From: an uncultured Candidatus Saccharibacteria bacterium
GTDB taxonomy: Bacteria; Patescibacteriota; Minisyncoccia; UBA6257; 2-01-FULL-56-20
NCBI GenBank assembly: GCA_964374065.1
Contig: CAYJWW010000004.1
Coordinates: forward strand, 1-47,343
DNA: 47,343 nt
Direction: 5' to 3'
The position numbers and the translations under genes were made by a program. The notes below the pieces were generated by a model that saw only the letters and a list, made by a program, of their open reading frames with translations, ran no database searches and had not been told where the DNA came from. Below are positions 37,330 through 44,552 of the stretch, in pieces (positions within the stretch are counted from its first letter, which is position 1; each line of letters starts with the position of its first letter).

Positions 37330-37602
37330 GCAATGAAACGCTATTGCCACGGCTTCAATACGGCCGATATGAACACCCTTCCGCAGGGCGTGATTTCCTT
37401 CGTTTGGAAGTCGTATCGGTTGTTTAGCCAAGGCGATAGATTCATGGGAGCATCATAAACCATACAAACCATTAATCTACTTTTCATCAATTTCATTTGT
37501 TATTGAAGAACGCCTCGGCTAAACGGTCGGGGCGTTTTCCGTCCAGGGGCCGTTTAGGACGTTCTTTGACAACCGGAGTTCACCGGGAGGAGATGGGAGC
37601 AC
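37330..37602 (+). ncRNA. ~270-nt untranslated leader or sRNA downstream of the consensus promoter, upstream of the MFS gene
   Basis: No ORF of 60 aa or more. Hairpin GGCAAT/ATTGCC at 37329-37348. A terminator-like CGCC...GGCG-TTTT at 37511-37538. GGGAGGAG RBS at 37586-37593. An optional leaderless 41-codon ORF spans 37333-37458. Confidence 0.35.
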
Positions 37603-38775
37603 ATGAGAGAAAATATCTGGAAGTTGTACGTCGTACAAGCCTTGCCGGAGGCGATGTTCCTCATCCCGGTCGCGGTGCCTTTCTTCAGGGAGAATGGCCT
37701 CTCGCTCCAGGAGATATTCGTTCTCCAGGGCATCTTCGCGGCCGTGATCCTGATCCTCGAGGTGCCTACGGGGTACATCGCGGACGCGTGGGGGCGCAGG
37801 AACGCCCTTCTCCTCTCGGCTTCCTTTGGCGTCTTAGGGGTCGTGGTCTACGCGACGGGATTCACGTTCGAGCAGTTCGTCGTATCGGAGATCCTTCTCG
37901 CGGTCTGTTTCAGCCTGCGGTCGGGGACCATGGACGCAATGCTCTTCGAATCGCTTGCCGCGCTCGGGCGCGAATCGGAATACCGAAAGCGCGCGGGAGA
38001 GATGCGTTTCTCGGGAAGCATAATGCAGGCCTCTGCGAGCATCGCGGGAGGATTCATCGCGATCGTCGCTCTTCGCCTCACGCTCTGGGCGACCGCCGTT
38101 TCCTACGCGGTCTACTGCATCTTCGTACTGCTTTTAAGGGAACCGCCGCGGAAGACGTCGACAGATGGATCGCACTGGGCTCGGATCGTCCGCATCACCA
38201 AGGAGGCGCTCGGGAGAAACAGCGCGATACGCGACATCGCCATGCTCTACGCGGTTTTGGCCACGCTCACGCTTTCGCTTGTGTGGTTTACGCAGGCGTA
38301 CGGCGTGGAGGTTAAGGCGCCGCTATGGCTCTTCGGCGCCGTGCACGCGATAACCATGGTCGCTTCCGGATTCGCGGCGAAATCCGCCCACAAGCTCCAG
38401 TCGCTCATGGACGATCGGGTGCTTCTTCTCTGCGTTGCGGGGATTGTGGCGGGAAGCTATCTCGCACTGGGGTTTGTCGCATCGCTCTGGGGGCTCGCGC
38501 TCTTCGTTCTGGGCCGCGCGATGTACGGGCTTGTGGGCGTGATCATCACCGACATGGTGAATCGCTTGACGACGTCCGACGTGCGCGCGACCGTGCTCTC
38601 GATCCAGGCCTTGGGGTACCGTGCGCTTTTTGTGCTTCTCTCGCCGATTCTGGGATTTTTGGGCGACACAAGAGGCGTACATAGCGCGCTGCTCTTCGCG
38701 GGCATTGGCGGGAGCATCGCGATCGTCGCGGTGTTCCTCGCGATGCGCCGCGTGTGGGCGCGGATCCCAACGTAA
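37603..38775 (+). CDS. MFS transporter
   Basis: 390 aa, 12 predicted TM, MFS-like D/R-rich loop motifs (e.g. ADAWGRRN). Confidence 0.8.
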   Translation: MRENIWKLYVVQALPEAMFLIPVAVPFFRENGLSLQEIFVLQGIFAAVILILEVPTGYIADAWGRRNALLLSASFGVLGVVVYATGFTFEQFVVSEILLAVCFSLRSGTMDAMLFESLAALGRESEYRKRAGEMRFSGSIMQASASIAGGFIAIVALRLTLWATAVSYAVYCIFVLLLREPPRKTSTDGSHWARIVRITKEALGRNSAIRDIAMLYAVLATLTLSLVWFTQAYGVEVKAPLWLFGAVHAITMVASGFAAKSAHKLQSLMDDRVLLLCVAGIVAGSYLALGFVASLWGLALFVLGRAMYGLVGVIITDMVNRLTTSDVRATVLSIQALGYRALFVLLSPILGFLGDTRGVHSALLFAGIGGSIAIVAVFLAMRRVWARIPT

Positions 38776-38781
38776 CGCATC

Positions 38782-38817
38782 CCCCCGCCTTTCGGAGTGC
38801 GAAAGGCGGGGGATTTT
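38782..38817 (+). terminator. intrinsic terminator with a 13-bp perfect stem (CCCCCGCCTTTCG-gagtg-CGAAAGGCGGGGG) followed by ATTTT
   Basis: The arms at 38782-38794 and 38800-38812 are exact reverse complements. Located 7 nt after the MFS stop. Confidence 0.7.
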
Positions 38818-38823
38818 CATATA

Positions 38824-39741
38824 ATGGACTCTATGCGCCACAGCCGAAGCGGGAAGTTAAGCTCCAAAAAGCGTTATCTGCAGGTCGCGCTGAACGGCAC
38901 CATTTCCGATGCGCGGGAGATCATTTGGTCGCTCCCCGTAAGCGACCGGATCCTCATTGAAGCGGGCACCCCGCTCATCAAGCGGTACGGGGAAGAGGGG
39001 ATACGGGAAATACGGGAACTCTACGAAGCGCACGTTTCGGGCGAGCGCGCCGCCGTTCGAGCTCCGTCGCCCGGCGTTCTCCATCGAACGTTCATATTCA
39101 CCGCGCTCGAGAAACTTGCGGCCCAAGCAGAGGCGCGCAAGGAGGGAGATTTCGAAGAAGAATCCGGGCCCTCTCCGGAGGAGGAGTTGGGAGGGCAAAG
39201 CTACGAAAGCAGCGAAGGGGACTTCGGCCCGCAGAGACAAGGCGGCGAAGAAGCGCGGGAGATCCACCCATATGTGGTCGCCGACTTGAAGACGATGGAC
39301 CGCGCGGAAACCGAGGTCGCAATGGCGGCCCGCGCAGGCGCCTCTGCCGCGATCGCGCTCGGGAGCGCTCCCGTTGAAACCTTGGATTCTTTCATTGAGC
39401 AGTGCGAGGCGCACGGCATGGATGCCATGGTGGACATGATGAACGTGGAATTCCCGCTCGGCGTTTTGGGCGCCCTGAAGCGCGCGCCGCCCGTCGTAAT
39501 CCTTCACCGCGGTGTGGATGAGGAAAAATTCAATAGGGAAAAACAGATCCCGCTCCATGAGATCAGGCGGATCAAAGGAAGGTACGACGTCATGATCTCT
39601 ATCGCGGGAGGAGATACGCTCCGCGAGGTTCAGCGTTCCGTGTTCAACGACGCCGACATCGTGGTGGTATGGAAATCCGTATTTCAAAAGACCGCCGAAA
39701 CCGCCGCGCTTGTCGAGGGATTCCTTCGGGAAATCAAATAG
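38824..39741 (+). CDS. 3-hexulose-6-phosphate synthase-like (OMP-decarboxylase-fold) protein with an internal acidic low-complexity insertion; start uncertain (38824 or 38833)
   Basis: KRYLQVALNGT...ILIEAGTPLIK...VVADLKTMD...LHRGVDEE...SIAGG aligns to HPS/KGPDC family motifs. A ~75-aa Glu/Ser/Pro-rich insertion is present. The track GTG start at 38797 lies inside the terminator stem. Confidence 0.7.
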   Translation: MDSMRHSRSGKLSSKKRYLQVALNGTISDAREIIWSLPVSDRILIEAGTPLIKRYGEEGIREIRELYEAHVSGERAAVRAPSPGVLHRTFIFTALEKLAAQAEARKEGDFEEESGPSPEEELGGQSYESSEGDFGPQRQGGEEAREIHPYVVADLKTMDRAETEVAMAARAGASAAIALGSAPVETLDSFIEQCEAHGMDAMVDMMNVEFPLGVLGALKRAPPVVILHRGVDEEKFNREKQIPLHEIRRIKGRYDVMISIAGGDTLREVQRSVFNDADIVVVWKSVFQKTAETAALVEGFLREIK

Positions 39742-39767
39742 GAGGGATGATTGCCAGCCGAACCTCC

Positions 39768-39803
39768 ATATTACCTTTCCTACGATCGTAGGAAAGGTAA
39801 TAT
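39768..39803. terminator. 36-bp perfect palindrome (ATATTACCTTTCCTACGA|TCGTAGGAAAGGTAATAT) between convergent genes; probable bidirectional terminator
   Basis: Every base pairs with its mirror partner. Flanked by the stop at 39741 (+) and the stop at 39829 (-). Confidence 0.6.
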
Positions 39804-39828
39804 CTCGAAGCGGAGAGCGGAAAATCCG

Positions 39829-40704
39829 TTATGAATGGCTCTTGCCTCGCAAGTGTTCGGAGAGCGACTTGACGCCTTCGAAGAATTCCACGGGCAACGC
39901 GAAAATCACCGTTTTTGAGGGATCGGGGTTGATCTTTTCGATCGTCTGGAGCGTCCGCATCGCGATGCCGCCCGGGGCTCCGGAGAGCACCTGCGCCGCC
40001 TGCGCCAGACGTTCGGCTGCCGCGTATTCTCCCTCCGCCCGAATGATCACCGCGCGGCGCTCGCGTTCGGATTCCGCCTGCTTCGCCATGATGCGCTTCA
40101 TGTCGGCCGGGAGTTCGATGTCTTGGATCTTCACGTCCGTTACGTTTATCCCCCAGGTCTTTGTCGCTTCGTCCACGATTTTTTTGATCTCCTGCGCGAT
40201 CTTCTCGCGCTCGGAAAGCAGGGGGTCGAGTTCGATGCCGCCGATCACGTCGCGGAGCGCCGCCTGCGCGTACTGGGATACCGCGACCGTGAAGTTCTTG
40301 ATATTCAGTATCGCGGCCTCAGCCGTCTCGACGTTGAAGTAAACGACTGCGTTGATGCCGACGGGGACGTTGTCCTTCGTGATCACTTCCTGCTGGGGAA
40401 TGTCCACGGTCGTGATGCGGAGGTCCACTTTGATCATCCGCTGGACGCCGATCAGGACCCACGTGAGGCCGGGACCGCGCGTGCCGGTGTATTTGCCGAG
40501 CGTGAGCACCACGCCCCGTTCGAATTGGTCCACGATCCGGAGCCCGCCGATGACGAGAAAGACGACTACAAGGCCCAGAATCCATATGAGCACCGAGGAT
40601 CCGGAGATCAAACCTGCCTGCGTGAGGAACCAAACGACCGCGCCCGCGAATATGAACAAACTGATAAACGAACTCGCCGGATTACCGGAAGGTTTTTGGT
40701 TCAT
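39829..40704 (-). CDS. SPFH/band-7 (stomatin/prohibitin-like) membrane protein
   Basis: 292 aa from the ATG at 40704. N-terminal TM, then an SPFH domain and a coiled-coil/Ala-rich tail. The track ORF upstream part overlaps the tRNA-Arg. Confidence 0.8.
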   Translation of the reverse strand: MNQKPSGNPASSFISLFIFAGAVVWFLTQAGLISGSSVLIWILGLVVVFLVIGGLRIVDQFERGVVLTLGKYTGTRGPGLTWVLIGVQRMIKVDLRITTVDIPQQEVITKDNVPVGINAVVYFNVETAEAAILNIKNFTVAVSQYAQAALRDVIGGIELDPLLSEREKIAQEIKKIVDEATKTWGINVTDVKIQDIELPADMKRIMAKQAESERERRAVIIRAEGEYAAAERLAQAAQVLSGAPGGIAMRTLQTIEKINPDPSKTVIFALPVEFFEGVKSLSEHLRGKSHS

Positions 40705-40932
40705 AGGGAAATTATAGCATATCTCTACGCCCCGTATCGGAAGCAACCTCGAATCGAGTGCGCCCCCGGAGGGAAGCTCACAGCGACCGCGATAGCGGTC
40801 TCTTTTAAAACCCTCGGTTTTTAACCCGTTCGCTTTCGCGAACTCTTTCCAACACGGAGGGAGCCCGGCGGCTCTCCCTCCGGCCCACCCTTCGTTCGAT
40901 TCCCTCCTTCGCGCGCAAAAACTCGGCTTTTG

Positions 40933-41004
40933 CGCCCTCGGAGGGAATCGAACCCCCATTTCATCCTTAGGACGGATTCGTTCTGTCCATTGAACTACGA
41001 GGGC
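40933..41004 (-). tRNA. tRNA-Arg (anticodon CCT)
   Basis: Reverse complement gives GCCCTCG-TA-GTTCAATGGACAGAAC-G-AATCC-GTCCTAA-GGATG-AAAT-GGGGGTTCGATTCCCTC-CGAGGGC-G. Perfect acceptor stem. CCA is not encoded. Confidence 0.85.
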
Positions 41005-41070
41005 AATCTCTTGAGATGGTTCAAGCTTTCAGCTAGAATATACGGGAAATAAGAGAAATCGGCAATAACC

Positions 41071-41331
41071 ATGCATTTTTTCGGCAATGAGCTGTGGTCG
41101 TGGGGGATGCCGTTCGGCATTTCGCCGTGGTTCGGCGGGTCGTTTTTCGCGCTCCTTATTCTGTGGTCCTTGGCTTGGAAGGGGGCGGCGCTCTGGAGAG
41201 CGGCGCGGGAGGGAAGCAAGGGCTGGTTTGCCGCTATCCTTATCACGAACACCTTGGGTGTCCTGGAGATCCTTTATCTCTACGCGTTTAGCAGGAAGGC
41301 GGAGCCGGTCGCGAAAGAAAATAGTCAATAG
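41071..41331 (+). CDS. hypothetical small membrane protein (2 TM, Trp-rich)
   Basis: 86 aa with two hydrophobic helices (FFALLILWSLAW / WFAAILITNTLGVLEILYLYAF). Confidence 0.45.
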   Translation: MHFFGNELWSWGMPFGISPWFGGSFFALLILWSLAWKGAALWRAAREGSKGWFAAILITNTLGVLEILYLYAFSRKAEPVAKENSQ

Positions 41332-41361
41332 AAAAGAAAAAGCAGGAAGAAACAGTAGCGC

Positions 41362-41432
41362 GGGCCTATAGTTCAATGGCAGAACACCTCGATGGCATCG
41401 AGGAGGCGGGAGTCCGATTCTCCCTAGGTCCA
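41362..41432 (+). tRNA. tRNA-Ala (anticodon GGC) with G3:U70
   Basis: GGGCCTA-TA-GTTCAATGGCAGAAC-A-CCTCG-ATGGCAT-CGAGG-AGGC-GGGAGTCCGATTCTCCC-TAGGTCC-A. The G3·U70 Ala identity pair is present. Confidence 0.85.
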
Positions 41433-41542
41433 CAACACAAGTGAAAACGGCGGGGCGAGCGTCACCGCTACATTTTCGCCCGCTTGACGGATTTACTTGG
41501 GCTAGACTCGACAGATGGCTCAAAATATTGTAATTACACGAG

Positions 41543-42178
41543 ATGCCCTATCTGTTAGAATTTCTGACCGTCGCGCTCGTGCATCTCCTTGCCGTCATGA
41601 GCCCGGGGCCCGATTTTGCGATGGTAAGCAGGAATGCGTTGCTTCAGAGCCGGCGGGCCGGAATTCTTTCGGCGGCAGGGTTGGCAATCGGGATACTTGT
41701 CCATGTGATGTATTCCCTCTTGGGCATCGGGCTTCTCATCGCGCAGTCGGTCCTGCTTTTCAATGCCATAAAATGGGCAGGTGCCGCCTACTTGATATAT
41801 GTCGGCTGGCAATCGTTGCGCGCAAAGTCGTTTCATGCGCATGCCGCCGATGAAAGAGACGGATCCACACATGCCATGACTGATATCGCGGCGGTTCGCA
41901 TGGGATTTCTCACAAACGTGACGAACCCCAAAGTGACGCTTTTCTTTCTGGCGCTTTTCACTCAAGTTGTCGATCCGACGACGCCGCTTGCCATTCAGGT
42001 TCTCTACGGGCTCGAGATGTCTTTCGCGACGTTCCTTTGGTTCTCGTTTGTCGCGGCGATCCTCTCGCACGGTTCTATAAAGCGCCGATTCGTTCCCATC
42101 CAGCACCGGGTTGAGCGGGTTTTCGGGGCAGTTCTCATCGCTTTGGGCATCCGGGTCGCTCTTTCGGGGAAAGGTTAA
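41543..42178 (+). CDS. LysE/RhtB-family amino-acid exporter
   Basis: 211 aa, 6 TM. N-terminal ...LLAVMSPGPDFAMV... is typical of the LysE superfamily. Confidence 0.8.
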   Translation: MPYLLEFLTVALVHLLAVMSPGPDFAMVSRNALLQSRRAGILSAAGLAIGILVHVMYSLLGIGLLIAQSVLLFNAIKWAGAAYLIYVGWQSLRAKSFHAHAADERDGSTHAMTDIAAVRMGFLTNVTNPKVTLFFLALFTQVVDPTTPLAIQVLYGLEMSFATFLWFSFVAAILSHGSIKRRFVPIQHRVERVFGAVLIALGIRVALSGKG

Positions 42179-42213
42179 TTATCCACAGCTACCGCATTGA
42201 ACGTCTTTGCGCG

Positions 42214-42222
42214 TGATATAAT
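42214..42222 (+). promoter_or_regulatory. extended -10 element TGaTATAAT ending 6 nt before the ATG at 42229
   Basis: TG at 42214-42215 and TATAAT at 42217-42222. TTGAAC at 42197-42202 could serve as a -35. Confidence 0.45.
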
Positions 42223-42228
42223 GAATGC

Positions 42229-42729
42229 ATGAACAAAAATATGTGGGTGCTCGTGGCGGTGGCTCTCGCGATAGTCCTTATTGCGCTTATAGTTGCCAAT
42301 CAGTGGAGTTCCAGCCCGACTGTTCCGACCGCTTCGCGCCCGAACGGGGCCGCGCCTGCCGGGCAGGAGCAGGAGGGGACCTCTACTCCGCCGAGTGCAG
42401 GCGCGGTTAATGAGATCCTTGTGGAAAGCCAAGGGCCGGCCTCTTCGGTCAGGGTGGCTTTTGTTTCATTACTGGAGAACGGTTTTGTGGTGGTTCACGA
42501 AGAGACGGACGGAATCCCCGGTGCCATACTCGGCGTTTCCGGGTTTGTTCGCGCCGGAGCCAACAAAGACATCTCTGTGTCGCTTTCTCGGTCATCGAAA
42601 TCCGGCGAAAAACTTCTTGCGATCCTTCACGGTGATGATGGCAATGAGCGGTTTGACGAGAGGAAGGACGAGGCGATAAAAGTTGCGGGAGGCGGGCTTG
42701 TGGTGTTCCCGTTCACGATTGGAAAATAG
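42229..42729 (+). CDS. hypothetical secreted/membrane-anchored protein
   Basis: 166 aa with an N-terminal hydrophobic anchor (WVLVAVALAIVLIALIV) and a beta-rich C-terminal region. No recognisable motif. Confidence 0.5.
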   Translation: MNKNMWVLVAVALAIVLIALIVANQWSSSPTVPTASRPNGAAPAGQEQEGTSTPPSAGAVNEILVESQGPASSVRVAFVSLLENGFVVVHEETDGIPGAILGVSGFVRAGANKDISVSLSRSSKSGEKLLAILHGDDGNERFDERKDEAIKVAGGGLVVFPFTIGK

Positions 42730-42744
42730 ATCCAATACGATACG

Positions 42745-42784
42745 AAACATGAAACGCTCCGCACATGCGGAGCGTTTCATGTTT
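42745..42784. terminator. 40-nt near-perfect palindrome (19-bp stem, 2-nt loop; AAACATGAAACGCTCCGCA ca TGCGGAGCGTTTCATGTTT) between convergent genes; bidirectional terminator
   Basis: The arms at 42745-42763 and 42766-42784 are exact reverse complements. A-tract on one side and T-tract on the other. Overlaps the last codons of the minus-strand sortase gene. Confidence 0.65.
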
Positions 42785-43469
42785 GAGAGCGGTACTGTAT
42801 GTCCTGGATACCAATAAGCGATGCTCGGATCACCGTTCGTTTCGAAGCGCCTCCGATCGGATAGCACGTGATAAGATTTAGTTCGTGCTCGGCGGACTGA
42901 ACGGCGAGCGCTTTATTCGTATCGGCGGGAGTGAGGATGTCGTTTGTAAGGACGCGGTAATGGTATTTCTTTCCTCCGCCGATAATATAGATTTCATCCC
43001 CCGGTTCCAGTTTCCCGAGCAGCGAGAAGACCGTGGCGTAACCGCCGCGATACCAGCTTGCGCGGGAGCTGTGTCCCAGCGCGATGAGGCGTCCGTTATC
43101 TCCCGCAGGAACTGATCCGGGGTATATGCCCACTCCTTCTTCGAGACTCGCAAGAATCGCTTGCTTGCTGTGGTCGCGCGGGACTACGAGCGGCGTCTCT
43201 ACTTCGATCCTAGGAATAAGGAGCGTGTACGGTTTCTCTCCCGCGGCAAGCCCGACCGACTGAGGTTTCCCGGCCGCGGCTTCTTGGACTTCAAGCAGAT
43301 TTCCGATCCGGAGCTCCTGACTCGCGAACGGCGACGAGAGAAACACTTGATAGCGGATCTCGCGCCAATAGGCGCCGCCGTTCAGAAAAAAGTAAACAAG
43401 GGAGCTTGTGCCGAAGAAGAGGATCAGGAAGAGATTGATCTTCCGAAATGTGCGGAGCGGGATCGGCAT
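42777..43469 (-). CDS. sortase-family transpeptidase
   Basis: 231 aa from the ATG at 43469. N-terminal TM, LIALGHSS (His) and LNLITCYP (TLxTC catalytic Cys) motifs. Confidence 0.75.
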   Translation of the reverse strand: MPIPLRTFRKINLFLILFFGTSSLVYFFLNGGAYWREIRYQVFLSSPFASQELRIGNLLEVQEAAAGKPQSVGLAAGEKPYTLLIPRIEVETPLVVPRDHSKQAILASLEEGVGIYPGSVPAGDNGRLIALGHSSRASWYRGGYATVFSLLGKLEPGDEIYIIGGGKKYHYRVLTNDILTPADTNKALAVQSAEHELNLITCYPIGGASKRTVIRASLIGIQDIQYRSQT

Positions 43470-43470
43470 G

Positions 43471-44523
43471 TTATACGCCCGAGGGGGGCGCCGAGAATGC
43501 CGCAGGAGTAATCTCGGCCACGGGAATATCCCCTGTGGGCGCCGCAAGAATATATCCGAAGACAACGAGGACGAGGAGCGTCCGAATGGCAACCGGCTGC
43601 GTTATTTTCCCCGTGCGGAAAGCGAGAAACGCAAGCGCGACCCCGATGAGCGCCAATACTCCGGCAGCCGCGCTTTGCGCGAGCGGTTCCGCGATTCCGA
43701 TGAGCTTTGTTCGGGCAAGGCGCATGCGCCGTGCCGTTTGTGTCGCCGCCGTCGCCACCGATGTCGTTTCCGCCCCTGCGGAGGCTTCGATCGCGGCGCG
43801 TGAGGTCGGTGCGGTTCCAATGCTCGATGTGCGCAGGGATGGGATGGCTGATGCTGAAGTCGCCTGGACTATTGGCGCAGGCCGCGTGAGCGGAGCAGGC
43901 TTGGGAGGTGCAGATTCCGACGCATTGGCTCGGGCGATCGCTTGGGTTGCCGCCCGGGGACGCCCAAAGAATTGGACGACAAGGATCGCAGGCCTTCCTT
44001 CAAAATCTCCCTGAGTCACCGCAACGCCCAATTCCGTATAGGCTCGGCCAAGGATATTTGCTCGGTGCGAAGCGGAATTCATGAACCCATCATGCGCTTC
44101 CTGGGCGGTAGAATAATCGAGCGCAAGATTTTCGCCCGCGGCGGCGTACCGATAATTCCTCGCGCTCAAGAAATCCCACGGAGTTTTCGCCTGGGGCGAA
44201 ATATGCGCGAAATACCGGTTGGCGAGCATGTCCGCCGCCTTGTCTACGGCAACTTGATCGAGCACGACGCTCGTTTTGAGCGGGGGGAGCCCGGCCGCGC
44301 CGCGCGATTTATTCACAAGTTGGATGATGTCGCTCGAGCTGAAAACAAGAGGAGCCGTGAGCGTGGCAAGTTGGAGATTGCGGAGATAGATCGGAGAGAG
44401 GACCGTGATTGCTGCGATAAAGAGGTAAACGACAAAAGACTGCGGCGACAAAAGCCACGGCGTCATTCCGTTTACGGGAGTCGGAGTAAAGAGATTCTCG
44501 AACGCCGTGCGAATTCTATCCAT
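43471..44523 (-). CDS. CAP/SCP/PR-1-like domain protein with N- and C-terminal hydrophobic segments
   Basis: ...GENLA...HDGFMNSASHRANILG..YTELGVA matches CAP-domain signature motifs. An Ala/Thr/Ser-rich linker follows, then a C-terminal TM. The stop abuts the sortase start (1-nt gap). Confidence 0.7.
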   Translation of the reverse strand: MDRIRTAFENLFTPTPVNGMTPWLLSPQSFVVYLFIAAITVLSPIYLRNLQLATLTAPLVFSSSDIIQLVNKSRGAAGLPPLKTSVVLDQVAVDKAADMLANRYFAHISPQAKTPWDFLSARNYRYAAAGENLALDYSTAQEAHDGFMNSASHRANILGRAYTELGVAVTQGDFEGRPAILVVQFFGRPRAATQAIARANASESAPPKPAPLTRPAPIVQATSASAIPSLRTSSIGTAPTSRAAIEASAGAETTSVATAATQTARRMRLARTKLIGIAEPLAQSAAAGVLALIGVALAFLAFRTGKITQPVAIRTLLVLVVFGYILAAPTGDIPVAEITPAAFSAPPSGV

Positions 44524-44552
44524 GCGGGTGTTCGGGAGAATGGCTCCCGGTG

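Noticed and set aside
37330-37602. Assigning the MFS leader to a known riboswitch class (TPP, purine, FMN, SAM, glycine, fluoride)
   Set aside because: Manual comparison with remembered consensus cores gave no convincing match. The class is left open rather than guessed.
38797-38823. GTG start (38797) of the HPS-like ORF
   Set aside because: It lies inside the 13-bp perfect stem of the MFS terminator hairpin (38782-38817). A start codon buried in a terminator stem is implausible, so ATG 38824 or 38833 is preferred.
39748-39789. Mini-ORF MIASRTSILPFLRS with GGAGGG immediately abutting its ATG
   Set aside because: The SD has zero spacing to the ATG. The 'ORF' is simply the left arm of the 36-bp palindrome. 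There is no support as a gene.
41433-41542. Terminator after tRNA-Ala / promoter for LysE gene (GCGGGGCG...CGCCCGC; TTGACG-13-TAGACT)
   Set aside because: The stem is imperfect and the promoter spacer is only 13 nt, which is too weak to call.
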